A DNA stretch of 64,000 nucleotides from Alphaproteobacteria bacterium (GCA_964291285.2 OZ219785.1:128001-192000), one strand, 5' to 3'; counted from the first letter of the stretch, positions 1 through 10,391 are shown. Program-made: numbers and translations. The notes: generated by a model from the letters alone, not told the origin.

Positions 1-366
1 CGTCGCCGCGTTCGGATGTGCGATAACCCAGTCCAGCATGGGTTCATGGTGCCGCGCGCCCCTCGCCCGGTCAAGCCGCATTTCCGAAGGGCGGAGGGGC
101 CGTCGGGAGGTGTCATGGACGGTTGAGCGGCTCCCTGCACCGCGGCCCTCTCCGCCCGCCCCGCCGGGCGCGGGGACCGGTATGGATGCCCGGCAGGAGA
201 ACCCTCGGGCTCCCATGTATCTGCCGCCAGAAAACGGCTCCCTGCGTACGGGACAAGGACATTGCCGCGATCTCAGTTCGCCCACTCGACAGATTGAGCT
301 TCCGAATATGACCCGAGCATGTGAGTCAAACCATTCCGTTCCAACTACAGCAAGACCGTGCTTGCT

Positions 367-1587
367 TCACTTGGCAATGGGTACGGTCTCCAGATGCTTT
401 TCGACGGCACCGACTGCCATGCCGGAGAGCGGCAGATGGGCCTTTTCGGCGTTCCAGTGCTGATGGAAGAGCGCGACGGTCTCGCGGGCGGTTTCCAGCA
501 CAAGGTTGCCGGGCAGGCGCGCCTTCGCGGCGAGATGGGAAAGTTCGTCCTCGGAAAACCGGTCGAAGCGCTTTGTCCGGCTGAAATTGAGCGCCGCCCT
601 GCCGTCCGCGATATATGGAATTGTGGAAACGAAATCATAGGCGGGCGCCAGCGCCGCATGACGCTTGTCAGGATAGATCAGGGACCAGTTCTTGAGGTGC
701 ATGTCGGCATTGCCGATCAGGACGCTGTAGGTGAGCCGCCGGATGAATTCGGCAATGTCCGCATCGCTTCCTTCGGTCCCGATGACATAGGCGATGTTTC
801 CGGCGCTGGCCCTTTCGTACTTGTTCTCCGGATAGACGCCGAACATCTGGGCGAAGTCCTCGATATGAACGGGGGTTCCGTCTGCAAGCCGGTCGAAGCG
901 TTCGATGGCAAGAGCCTGTCCGTTCAGGGCGCCGATCCCTTCGGGCAGGTTCCCGACGGCGTCCGGATCGATGAGCCGGAGCGCCGGCACATCCATGCCG
1001 ATCATCCGGGCGAGCGTCATCATTGCGAATTCGTTTTCGGGCACATTCTCGAATTCGCGTGAAGGCAGCTTGACGATCCACGAGCCGCCCACGCCGCGGG
1101 CCGGGATCGTCAGCCCGCCCCTCGCCGCCTCGACCGCGGAAAATTTCAACTGGACGCCGGCCAGCGAGAACCGCAGCGCATTCCCGGGTCCATGCCGGCC
1201 CGGCCCGTCGCGGTCGTCGACATCGAGGGGCCGGACGTCGCCGTTCGCCGGCATGACGGTGACGGCTCCGGGCAGGTCGCTGCCCAGCGCCCGCAGCAGG
1301 AAGAATTCGCGCCTCTCGTTCACGCCGGCGCGTTCGGCCAGATAGCTGCGCATGCGTCCCTCGGGCAGCAGGTTCGAAAAGAACGGCAACAGCCTTGTCC
1401 GGGTCGGCCTGAATGAAGTGATGAGTTCCCCGAACCGGTCCTTGAAGGAGAGCCCGAGGACCGGCCTGCGTTCGTCCGCCGCATAGTCCTCGGCGAACGC
1501 GAACAGCGTGCGGTCCCCCGGCACATGCGTCAGCGTGCCGACGGGCGCGCCATGCAGCAGGACATCGAGGACGCGGACCTCAGCCAT
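367..1587 (-). CDS. hipA: HipA-family kinase toxin
   Basis: N-terminal coupling domain (LLPFFSNLLPEG), FSLAGVQLKFS, WIVKLP, ENE, HIEDFAQ, GNADMHLKNWS, LAPAYDFVST. Likely start MAEVRV at 1587, overlapping the upstream HTH gene. Confidence 0.93.
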   Translation of the reverse strand: MAEVRVLDVLLHGAPVGTLTHVPGDRTLFAFAEDYAADERRPVLGLSFKDRFGELITSFRPTRTRLLPFFSNLLPEGRMRSYLAERAGVNERREFFLLRALGSDLPGAVTVMPANGDVRPLDVDDRDGPGRHGPGNALRFSLAGVQLKFSAVEAARGGLTIPARGVGGSWIVKLPSREFENVPENEFAMMTLARMIGMDVPALRLIDPDAVGNLPEGIGALNGQALAIERFDRLADGTPVHIEDFAQMFGVYPENKYERASAGNIAYVIGTEGSDADIAEFIRRLTYSVLIGNADMHLKNWSLIYPDKRHAALAPAYDFVSTIPYIADGRAALNFSRTKRFDRFSEDELSHLAAKARLPGNLVLETARETVALFHQHWNAEKAHLPLSGMAVGAVEKHLETVPIAK

Positions 1588-1876
1588 CGTCGTCGTCATC
1601 CAGGCTGTAGGCGGGCCGCACCGTTTCGGCGTCATCGCTGCCGGCTATTGCATGCACGGCCGGGAGGGCTTTGCGGGCCACGAGTTCAAGTTCCAGGTCC
1701 AGGACGCGGGCCAGCTCGACCAGGCTCGAAACCCGGAGATCGACAGCGCCCTTCTCGATCTTCGAGATGTGGCTCTGCGGCATCCCGGCCCTGGCGCCAA
1801 GCGCGCGCTGGCTCAACCCCCGGGCTTCGCGGGCGCGTCTCAGCGTGCGGGCGATATGCTCGGTCGCATAGGTCAT
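1580..1876 (-). CDS. hipB: XRE-family HTH antitoxin (HipB-like)
   Basis: LRRAREARGLSQRALGARAGMPQSHISKIEKG HTH; overlaps the hipA start. Confidence 0.85.
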   Translation of the reverse strand: MTYATEHIARTLRRAREARGLSQRALGARAGMPQSHISKIEKGAVDLRVSSLVELARVLDLELELVARKALPAVHAIAGSDDAETVRPAYSLDDDDDG

Positions 1877-1904
1877 TCGATCTGCTTTTCTATATCCAAT
1901 AGCG

Positions 1905-1932
1905 GGTTCGATATGGTTTTATATATCGAACC
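1905..1932. promoter_or_regulatory. Palindromic operator upstream of hipBA
   Basis: GGTTCGATAT-N8-ATATCGAACC in the AT-rich region just upstream of hipB. Confidence 0.55.
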
Positions 1933-2058
1933 GAAAGGGTATCGTCAAGAAACGATATTCCAAAATATATCATCTTCCCTTAATGATCCGGCTTAACAGA
2001 TCAACGGCAAATTCGGCAGGATCGCCGTCCCCTTCGACAGGCCCAAGACAGGCATTTT

Positions 2059-2086
2059 CGTCATCCCGGACTCGATCCGGGGGCCA
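2059..2086. repeat. Single REP-like palindrome
   Basis: GTCATCCCGGACTCGATCCGGG hairpin resembling alphaproteobacterial REP elements; intergenic. Confidence 0.4.
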
Positions 2087-2960
2087 TCCCTGACAGTCTG
2101 CGCTTGCCGTCGCCGGTGGAGAGTAGGTCAACCGCCGAGGCAGCCGTGTGGAGCGCGGTAGTTGGTTGTATCGACCAAGATAACAGGTTTACCCGTCGGT
2201 CCGGTTCTTCACATCCCGGATGAACTCGCCCAGACTCCAGAGCCAGGCCTGCTGCCCGGCCGTGTAGCTTTCCTGGATCGACCGGGGGACCACCAATTGC
2301 AGGTTCGACGCATCCATCTGCACCGTCTGCGCCTCGGATATACCCGGCTCAAGCGTCAGAAGGTGTTTTCTCGGTATCTTGGCCGCTTCGGCCAGAACCT
2401 GCCGCCAACGGTCCTTGCATGTCGATTTGGCTCCGAGCATGGTGAGGTGCGGAGAGCCTGTGACGGGCGCGGCCCTGTAGGCTTCGACGCTGGGGAAAAG
2501 AAAGTCCGGCCGCTGGTTGTTTTCCGTCACCATGCCCCGGACATAAGCAATGTCCAACGCCCGGAATACCGCCTCCAGATGGTGCTCCAGCGAGTAGCCC
2601 ATTCGTGACTTCCGTCTGTTCTGGACGCTGAGGGAAAACCGGATGAAACCGTCCACGTCGGTTCCGTCTTCGCCGGTGAATCCTTTCTCCAGACGGGCCG
2701 AGACGACCCGCCTCTCAAGCCGGCGGAACAGTGCCTCCTCGTGGGTCAGCCAAGCAATCAGGGCCGCATCGGGATCGTCCTCCGCACGCACTTGGGGAAG
2801 GGTAAGACGGGCAATGTCCGAGAATTCGGCCGTGCGCGGAAAATCCGTCCCGAACCTCTCGATGATCCCGTCGAGCCTGTCAGCGTCCGGTTCCTCGAAC
2901 TGTTAGCGACGGTTACAGAGCGCGCCTATTCGCTGACATTTTTCGGCCGGTTGCGGTTTT

Positions 2961-3833
2961 TCAGTTGATCTGTTGGTCATCGGTTTCGATTGGTTCGCCG
3001 GCTCGGTCGCGGATGAGCATGTCGTTCCAGTCCCGGTTGTCGAGTGCGGGTCGCAGCCGGACGATTCTGGTGTCGTTGCGGGCGAGGCGCCTTGCGGCGT
3101 GATCGCCGTTTGTGGTGGCGTCGTATGCACAGAAGATGAGGCGCGGGTTCCATGCCTCGATCCATTTGGGGACTTTGGTGGCGACGGCGCCGGTGGAGAC
3201 GGTGGCGCATTCGGTGCGTTTTACCGGGCCGAGGTGGAGGGAGAGGATGGAGAGTGCGTCGAGGGCGTTGCCGGCCAGGATGACGGCGTGTGGCCATTCG
3301 GTCTCCCAGGACATCCAGAAGCCGCCGCCCGCGGTCGTTTTGCGGTCAGCGGTGACGGTTTCGATGCCGGTAGCCTCGCCGGCGGCGTTTCGGCGGACGA
3401 ACACGGGGTTGCCGTGAGGGTCGGCATGGACCAGGCCGAGGTCGCGGCACAGGGTGACGAGCGCGTCCGCGAGGCCGCGCCGCTCGACGAGGTATCGCCG
3501 GAGGTTGGGCCAGCGGGGGTCCTTGGCCGGCGCCTGCCGGCGGCCGCCTGGGGGCATTGAGAGGTCGGACAGTTCGGCGAGGAAGTCGATGGCGTCCGGC
3601 GGGGTGCATCCGAGCGCATGGACCGCCAGTTCGATAGCCCCGGCTCCCTCCTCTGCGCGCAGATGGTCGTAGAACATGAAGCGGTTGATGGAGAGGACCG
3701 ATCCTGGCCGTCTCCAGCGCACGGCATTGTCGGGATCGCTGCGGTAGCCGAGGGCTCGGGCGACGGGTTCGAGGGGATAGCCCCGCAGGCTCTCGGCCCG
3801 CACCCGCCGCTCGCGGGGGCGGGAGGGATGCAT
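2961..3833 (-). CDS. DUF3991/Toprim-like protein (IS passenger)
   Basis: GAGAIELAVH, YLVERRGL, ALDALS, CAYDA, RLRP..DWND motifs; ATG lies 2 bp after the istB stop. Confidence 0.7.
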   Translation of the reverse strand: MHPSRPRERRVRAESLRGYPLEPVARALGYRSDPDNAVRWRRPGSVLSINRFMFYDHLRAEEGAGAIELAVHALGCTPPDAIDFLAELSDLSMPPGGRRQAPAKDPRWPNLRRYLVERRGLADALVTLCRDLGLVHADPHGNPVFVRRNAAGEATGIETVTADRKTTAGGGFWMSWETEWPHAVILAGNALDALSILSLHLGPVKRTECATVSTGAVATKVPKWIEAWNPRLIFCAYDATTNGDHAARRLARNDTRIVRLRPALDNRDWNDMLIRDRAGEPIETDDQQIN

Positions 3834-3835
3834 GG

Positions 3836-4630
3836 CTATGGCGACGGGACCGGGTTCGCCTTTCCAGTGCTTTGCCCGGCTTTCGGTCCGCGCCGGCGGC
3901 GGCGTTCGGCGCTGCGCTGCTTCTGACGTTCCTCGGCTTCCTTGCGGCGCCAGGAGTCGCCGTCGATGGCGACGATCTCGGCGTTGTGGACGAGCCGGTC
4001 GACGAGGGCGACCAGGCAGGCGGCGTTTGGGAAGGCCTCGCTCCACTCGGCGAAGGGGCGGTTCGTGGTGATTATGGTTGAGTTCTGCTGGCTGCGGCTT
4101 GAGACGATGTTGAACAGCAGGTCGGCGTGGCGGTTGGAGTAGGAGAGATATCCGACTTCGTCGATGACCAGCAGGTGCTGTCGGGCGTAGAAGCGCAGCC
4201 TGCGCTGGAGCAGGGTGTCGGAGTCGATGGCGGCGAGTTCGCCGAGCAGGCTGGCGGCGGTTGCGAAGCGCACGATGTGGCCTTCGAGGACGGCGCGGTG
4301 GGCGATATTGGCGGCGATGGTGGACTTTCCGACGCCGTTGGGTCCGACCAGTACGAGGTTTGCGGCCTCCTTGAGGAAGTCGAGGGTCATGAGGTCCTCG
4401 ACGGCCATGCGGTCGCAGCGCCTTGGCCAGTCCCAGTCGAAGTCTGCGAGCGGCTTGAACTGTCCGAGGCGGGCGTCGGCGAGGCGGCGTTTGAGGCTTC
4501 GGGCGCGCTTCTCATCTTCTTCCCACGCGATCAGGGAGGCGAGCCAGTCGCGCTCCGCGACTTCGCCCCAATGGGCGAGGAGGCCGTGCAGGCCCAGCGC
4601 GCGGGCGCGGTTCATGAGGGTGTCGGTCAT
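3836..4630 (-). CDS. istB: IS21 helper ATPase IstB
   Basis: GPNGVGKS Walker A, LLVIDEVGY Walker B, ITTN, DRLVHN. Confidence 0.95.
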   Translation of the reverse strand: MTDTLMNRARALGLHGLLAHWGEVAERDWLASLIAWEEDEKRARSLKRRLADARLGQFKPLADFDWDWPRRCDRMAVEDLMTLDFLKEAANLVLVGPNGVGKSTIAANIAHRAVLEGHIVRFATAASLLGELAAIDSDTLLQRRLRFYARQHLLVIDEVGYLSYSNRHADLLFNIVSSRSQQNSTIITTNRPFAEWSEAFPNAACLVALVDRLVHNAEIVAIDGDSWRRKEAEERQKQRSAERRRRRGPKAGQSTGKANPVPSP

Positions 4631-6132
4631 TCTTCGCTGTCCTTTTCATGGTAGCCGGCCAGCCCGTCGTATCCGCCGAGATCGTGATCGCGCACGGCGA
4701 TGTCGCGCACGCGCGGGTCCCTGGGCAGGTCGATGGGGATCGGCGGCGGCCTGTCCTGCAGTTCGCGCCGCCGTGTGAGGCTGAGGCGCACGGCATTGGG
4801 ATGGGGGACGCCGCGTTCGAGGGCCTCGTCGATGGCGGCTTCGAGCTCGGCGGCGCCGTATTGGTCGAGCAGGCGCAGCAGGGCGGCGACGGTGGCGCCG
4901 ATATAAGCGCCGCGGGGGGCGGCCTCGGCGATCAGGCGCTCGCTGTTGGGCGCGGCCTGGAGCAGCCGGCTCTGCCCGCGCAGGCTGCGGGCGTGACGCT
5001 TGCGCCTGACCAGCTCCTCAATGTGTTCGGGGTTCTCGATGCGGGCCGCCTTGTCGAAGCTGCGCGGATGGCGGGCGATGACCTCCATGCCGTCGAGGAT
5101 GCGCACCTCTTCCAGCGTCGCGGCCACGGTGAGGGTGCGCCGGACATGGGTATGCGGGACGCTGTAGTCATTGAGGTCGAACCTGGCATAGGGGGTCTTG
5201 GCGATCCTGACCTCGACCCTCTCGTCGACGGGGGGACGGTCGTCGGGCAGCGCCATCAGGGAGCCGCGCTCGCGCTCGAAGGCCTCGCTCACGGTGAGGG
5301 AGCGGTCGTCCGGCCAGGGGCGGTCGGCGGCGACGCCCTCGCACCACTCCCGGGCCTGGGCGTTGAGATCGTCGAGGTCACGCCAGGCGCGGGCGGCGAA
5401 GAAGCTGTCGCGCACATAGCGTATGGCCCGCTCGACGCGGCCCTTCTCGTTGCCTCGGGCGACCGCGACCGGCTTCGGCAGGAAGCGGTAGGCGCCTGCG
5501 AAGTCGAGAAGCCGGGGATTGAAGCGGATGGCGTCGCCGCGCCGCTCCAGCACGACGCTCTTCAGATTGTCGTACCAGAGCTCGCGGGGCACGCCCTGCC
5601 AAGCCTCGAAGGCCTCGACATGGCCGCGCAGGAAGTTGTCCATCCCGGCGTTGAGGTAGAAGCGCAGGAAGAGGCGGCGCGAGTGGCCGAGCACCATCAC
5701 GAAGGCCATCAGCGGGCGCTCCGCACGCCCGATCCTCACCTTGCCGAAGTGGGCCCAGTCGACCTGGGCCTGCTCGCCGGGCAGGGCCTTGAGGCGCAGA
5801 TAGGCCTCGGCCACCGGCCGCGGACGCCCGGGCGCGATCATGCGCCGGAAGTGGCTCTCGCACCCCCGGTAACCGCGCTCGACCGCCATCCGGTAGAGCC
5901 GGCTGGAGGGCAACTTCGGCCAGACCGCCAGGGTCTGGCGGACGAAGGGCAGGAACGGATCGATCATCGAAGATCTGCGCCGCTTCTCAGGCGTGGGCGC
6001 CCCGGCGGCCGCCACCGCGCGCTCGACCGTGCCGTGGTGGACGCCGAGCTGGCGCGCGATCGTGCCGATCCGCCACTTCTCGGCAAAATACAGCCGCAGG
6101 ATCTCGGCCCGGGTCTGCTGGTCGATCGCCAT
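4627..6132 (-). CDS. istA: IS21 transposase IstA
   Basis: N-terminal HTH, PGEQAQVDW, YDNLKS, KGRVER; ATGA overlap with istB. Confidence 0.95.
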   Translation of the reverse strand: MAIDQQTRAEILRLYFAEKWRIGTIARQLGVHHGTVERAVAAAGAPTPEKRRRSSMIDPFLPFVRQTLAVWPKLPSSRLYRMAVERGYRGCESHFRRMIAPGRPRPVAEAYLRLKALPGEQAQVDWAHFGKVRIGRAERPLMAFVMVLGHSRRLFLRFYLNAGMDNFLRGHVEAFEAWQGVPRELWYDNLKSVVLERRGDAIRFNPRLLDFAGAYRFLPKPVAVARGNEKGRVERAIRYVRDSFFAARAWRDLDDLNAQAREWCEGVAADRPWPDDRSLTVSEAFERERGSLMALPDDRPPVDERVEVRIAKTPYARFDLNDYSVPHTHVRRTLTVAATLEEVRILDGMEVIARHPRSFDKAARIENPEHIEELVRRKRHARSLRGQSRLLQAAPNSERLIAEAAPRGAYIGATVAALLRLLDQYGAAELEAAIDEALERGVPHPNAVRLSLTRRRELQDRPPPIPIDLPRDPRVRDIAVRDHDLGGYDGLAGYHEKDSEE

Positions 6133-6133
6133 C

Positions 6134-6568
6134 TCACTCCCTTCGCGCCGGGCGCAGGCCCGGATAGACCGCCCGGGCGCAGAACCGCCCGCAGTGATCG
6201 CAGCGGAACACTCCGGCGGGACGGTCGGGTCCGAAGGGCCTCCTTCCCGAGCGCCCCGCCGGCATGCCCGCCACAACAGGACGGCGCGGTGAACGGGTCA
6301 AAGGGTGATGCGTCACTTTCTGCGCACGGCGCCCCTCCTCAGGCGCACGGACGCGACGGCGCTCGCGGTAGCGCCGCTGGCGTTCGGCATGCTTGTGACG
6401 GCCCCGCCGGCTGTTCTGGTAGCGACGCCCGGCAAGGCGCAGCGAGCGCCGCCGCGCCCGGCCGCTGCACGGACGCGAGCAGTAGATGTTGCCGTGGTCG
6501 CACCGCCGGCACAGCACAACCTGGCGATGGCACGAAGCGCAGGTGAACAGGCGGGCGGCGTTCCTCAT
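6134..6568 (-). CDS. Small Cys-rich basic protein (IS passenger)
   Basis: CASC, CRRC, YCSRPC and C-terminal CDHC; stop 1 bp before the istA ATG. Confidence 0.65.
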   Translation of the reverse strand: MRNAARLFTCASCHRQVVLCRRCDHGNIYCSRPCSGRARRRSLRLAGRRYQNSRRGRHKHAERQRRYRERRRVRAPEEGRRAQKVTHHPLTRSPRRPVVAGMPAGRSGRRPFGPDRPAGVFRCDHCGRFCARAVYPGLRPARRE

Positions 6569-7442
6569 CGCAAAGACCGATGAGAACGGGGTGGACCCAC
6601 GCCCGAACGCCTACGATACTGCGCATACGGGCCGTGCCTTGCATGGCTCGGGGGGTGCGGCGCCGGTCGTTGCCACCTAGCAAACGGGGCCGGCGCCGCA
6701 TCGTTCTCAGCAGCCCCAGTCTACCCCCTCGCGCAGCCCGGCGACCCCCGCCGACAGCGCCAGGACACCCTCCCCTCGGCAGGCGAAAATATCAACGCGA
6801 CGGGGGCCGGCGACTCCAGTCGGGCTACGCCCTCCTTCCGTCCCAGGCCCCCGTCACAAACACCGCCGCACCACAATCACTGCGATCATCACGCCCCGCA
6901 AAAACGCGCAACGCCAGCAAATAAGCGCCTTTTACGACCGTCACCTACACTCGAACTCGATGCCAAGCTCGTCCAGTATGTAACGCGCCGCGAAATCCAG
7001 CTCGGGTCCGTCGTCGGGAAACTCCCTCGATATGAACCTGTCGCCAGCGGGCTGTACACCGAACAGCCATGACAATTGCTGCTCGCTGGTGGAGCCGCCG
7101 GGCGCGACGATGAAATAGAGAATATCCTCGCCAGTCATGGCTAGGAACAGCGCATCCCCCTCCCGCATAGCCTCTGTGACCGGATTGGACGGATAATACA
7201 GCCGCCATTCTTTTCTCGGCGCCTTCCGCTCGCGCGCGTCATAGTGGGTCGCGGTTCCCTCGATAGTAATGCCGTCTTGCTCCCCACCGAGCCAGATATA
7301 GACCGTCCGGTAGCGCCGGTGTTGCTCCTCGCCAAGGAACCGCATTCGCATGACCTAGGTCGTGCCGATCTCGTGCTGATTCGACCTTTCGGGGTTGGCG
7401 TCGACAGCCGACAGGCGCTTGACGCCCGCTCCCTTGAAACAG

Positions 7443-7916
7443 TCACGCAGTTGTCCGCGTCTCATCGCCTGCGATCTCCAGTTCTGTGCTCTCGGATTCA
7501 AGCCAAGCCGCGCAGCGATCAGCGATCATGCCGACCGGTAATCGCGTTCGGCCTTTCAGTGCACATTCGCGAATTATCGCCACGCGCCAAGCCGCCTCGC
7601 GCAGGGCCAGGACCTGCTTGCGGTCGCGCGCGACATTCGAGGCGATTTTATCCCGCCAGAACTCCTCCCGGGTCTTCGGCCACTTGAAAAGGTGGCAGTT
7701 ATGTCCATGCCAGAAGCACCCGTGAACAAAAATTACCGCCCTGTACTTCGGCAAAACAAGATCGGGCTTGCCGGGTAGATCCTTGCGATGCAGGCGAAAC
7801 CGGAAACCTCGGTGATGCAGGGCGGACCGTATAGCCAATTCCGGTTTTGTGTTTCGGCTCCGGATGCCGGCCATCATCCGGCTGCGGACCTTGGGCGAGA
7901 CGATATCGGCGGACAC
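7443..7916 (-). CDS. vsr: Very-short-patch repair endonuclease
   Basis: RSRMMAGIRSRNTKPE, LPGKPDLV, FVHGCFWHGH. Confidence 0.95.
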   Translation of the reverse strand: MSADIVSPKVRSRMMAGIRSRNTKPELAIRSALHHRGFRFRLHRKDLPGKPDLVLPKYRAVIFVHGCFWHGHNCHLFKWPKTREEFWRDKIASNVARDRKQVLALREAAWRVAIIRECALKGRTRLPVGMIADRCAAWLESESTELEIAGDETRTTA

Positions 7917-7919
7917 GAG

Positions 7920-8587
7920 TCAGCTGGCGAGAGCAGGCTCGGCGAACAGGAATTCCTCCTGCCGCGCAGAGGGCAGGACCCGTCCCTCCCTCGCGAGCAG
8001 TTCCGCGATATGCGGCTTCATGAGTCGCGCTACGGCGCGGACGACGGGGACGACCACAGCGTTACCGAATTGGCGGTAGGCTTGGGTATCGGATACCGGA
8101 ATCCGGAATGTCGTCTCGCCGGGTTTCTCGAAGCCCATAAGGCGCGCGCATTCGCGTGGAGTCAGGCGCCGGGGACGCCGTCCCTCCTGGCGGATGAGAA
8201 TTTCCGAGCCGTCCTTGTAGTAACGGGCAGAGAGCGTGCGGGTGACGTCTTCCGGGCCGAACAGGGAATAGCCGAATCCGTTTCCTGCCCTTCTGTGCCG
8301 TTCCTTGTAGTCCCTCAGATATTTCCAGAGATGCGTGGTGAGCGTGTATTTGTCTGGAACATCCGTGTCGAGCACGGTCCCGAGGACAGGTCCGGGTCCT
8401 GCCGGGACCGCCAGCCGGTCGAAATCGAAATCCGTTTCCTGCCGCAAGCCCACGATGAATATCCGCTCACGCTTCTGCGGAACCCAGGGAGAGGAATCGA
8501 TGACCCGTGTGCTGACGCTGTAGCCGAGGTCTTCCCTGAGAACGTGCATGATCGTCGCGAACGTCCGGCCGCCGTCATGGCGCTCTA
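7920..8587 (-). pseudogene. dcm: Dcm-like C5 cytosine methyltransferase, 3' half only
   Basis: PQKRERIFIVG, TLSARYYKDGSEIL, RRLTPRECARLMGF, YRQFGNAVVVPV. Motifs I-VI (FxGxG, PCQ, ENV) are absent; cut at CTAG by IS5. Confidence 0.9.
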
Positions 8588-9439
8588 GGCAGAATCGACA
8601 TTCATCGCATCCAGAGGATAGCAGAAGCGATGTGTATGAAGGCGAGGAAGTATATTGCTTTTCGGTCGTATCGGGTTGCGATGCGGCGGAAGTGTTTGAT
8701 CTTGTTGAAGTAGCGCTCGATGCGGTTTCGGTGTTTGTAGATTTCGGCGTCATAGCCGATGAGACGCTTTCGCGTTGGATTGCAGGGGATGACGGCCTCG
8801 GCCTCGATGTCGGCGATGCGGTTGCGGATGGCATTGGCGTCGTAAGCAGCGTCGGCGAGCACATGGCGGGGCCGAAACCCCTCCATCAACGCCAGGGCCT
8901 TTGGCGCGTCGCCGGCCTGTCCGGGCGAGAGGATCACGCGGAGCGGTCGTCCGAGAGTGTCGCAGGCGATGTGTATTTTGGTCGTCAGTCCGCCTCTGGA
9001 ACGCCCCAGAGCCTGATCCCGGCCCCCCCTTTTCCGGTCGCCGCCTGTTGATGCGCGCGCACGATGGTGCTGTCGAGCATGAGATAGCCATTGTCGCGAT
9101 CCGCCGTCAGGGTATCGAACACCCTCTCCCACACGCCCACTTTGGCCCAGCGTGTGAAACGCTTGTGCACCGACTTCCACTTCCCATAGCGCGGCGGCAG
9201 GTCGTGCCAGTGGGCGCCCGAACGAAGCACCCACAGAACCGCGTTGACGAACAACCGGTTGTCTGCTCCCGAACGCCCCGGATCGCCCGGCTTGCCCAGA
9301 AGCAGACCTTCGATGCGGACCCACTGCGCATCCGTCAGCTCATAGCGCTTCACCATACGCCCAACTCCAACCGAAAATCAGTTGGAGCGTCATGAATCAC
9401 ATAATGTCTTCCCAGGGAATCCTGTATGTCGATTGAACC
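8588..9439 (-). mobile_element. IS5-family element (two-ORF, frameshift type)
   Basis: IRs GGCAGAATCGACAT / GGTTCAATCGACAT, TA flanks. orfA 9356-8985 and orfB to 8602 (GRSRGGLTTKIH, ADAAYD, RRIATRYDR), with an A4G7 slip site. Confidence 0.9.
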
Positions 9440-9441
9440 TA

Positions 9442-10218
9442 GGCCCTGTGGACGTATTGACTCAGGAGCGTGTTCAGGGATTCCCGTGCGAGGATTTGTC
9501 TGAATCATGAGGCGTCGGCGATTCGGGGGTTTCTTTGATGTCGACGAAGATGACGAATGGAGACTGGGAGGTTGCGCTGGAGGTTTTCCGGCTTTGCCTT
9601 CCGAGGCGGGGTGCGAAGGCGAAGGACGACCGTCTGTTTCTGGAGGCGCTGCACTTCTTTGCGGTTCACAACATCACCTGGCGGGCGCTGCCGGAGCGGT
9701 TCGGGCACTGGAATACGGTATGGCGGCGTTTTCACCGTCTGAGCCGTTCAGGGGTGTTCGAGGACTTTTTCGCCACGCTGGCGGATTTGAGCAGCACGGC
9801 GCACCTGGTTCAGATGTTCGATTCGACCGTGACCCGCGCGCATGTATCGGCGGCCGGCGCAAAAGGGGGCAGCAGGGTCAGGCGCTTGGACGCTCGCGGG
9901 GCGGTTTCAGCACCAAAATCCACCTGAAGACCGATTTCGACGGCCTGCCGATCGCCTTCGACCTGACCGGCGGCGAGGCAGCCGACAGTCCGCATTTCGA
10001 GACCCTGATGGACATCGGCCCCGATGTCCGGCCCCGCGCCATCGTCGCCGACAAGGGCTATGACAGCGCCGGAAACCGCCAACTCGCCCGGAAAAGAGGC
10101 GCCCTGACCGTCATTCCCTACCGGAAGAACATCAAAAACAGGCCAAAGCGCTTCGCAAGCGCGCTCTACAGAGGACGGGCGCGCATCGAACAGGCCGTCG
10201 GCAAGCTCAAACGTTTCA
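9442..10218 (+). mobile_element. IS5-family element, left part (interrupted by the integrative element)
   Basis: IRL GGCCCTGTGGACG; orfA 9535-9927, A4G5 slip site, orfB (GRSRGGFSTKIH, ADKGYD) breaks off at GKLKRF. Confidence 0.88.
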
Positions 10219-10391
10219 GTATTCCACCGTACGCCTGTCTGTTCCTGGCAACTGATGTCAAAGGAAATCGTTGTGTATCAATGAAGTATTGGTTTTCCCG
10301 GTGGACAAGGCGCGCCAGGACTACGCCCCGGTTGACTTTCATGTGTTGACCTGTATGGTGATATTCAGGGCTGTTTCGAAGGAATATCACT

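Larger units (their letters stand above)
2901..6949 (-). mobile_element. IS21-family element, 4049 bp, with two passenger ORFs
   Basis: TG...CA imperfect IRs (TGTTAGCGACGGTTACAGAGCGCGCCTATTCGCTG vs TGTAGGTGACGGTCGTAAAAGGCGCTTATTTGCTG); 7-bp TSD CTCGAAC at 2894-2900 and 6950-6956. Confidence 0.92.
2189..7465 (-). pseudogene. EcoRII-like type II restriction endonuclease, split by IS21 and carrying an amber stop
   Basis: 5' part 7465-6950 (KRLSAVDANPERSNQHE...EWRLYY) joins in frame to 3' part 2900-2189 (NRRKSRMGYSLE, PDFLFP, AKSTCKDRWRQV) once the IS and one TSD copy are removed. In-frame TAG at 7355-7357. Confidence 0.88.

Noticed and set aside
4648-6546. Long antisense or alternate-frame ORFs (also 20300-22219, 27030-29009, 30203-32845, 33903-35945, 37621-39420)
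   Set aside because: Shadow ORFs of real genes in high-GC DNA, with no motifs.
7920-8864. 314-aa ORF as an intact methyltransferase
   Set aside because: Its N-terminal part is IS5 sequence; catalytic motifs I-VI are missing.
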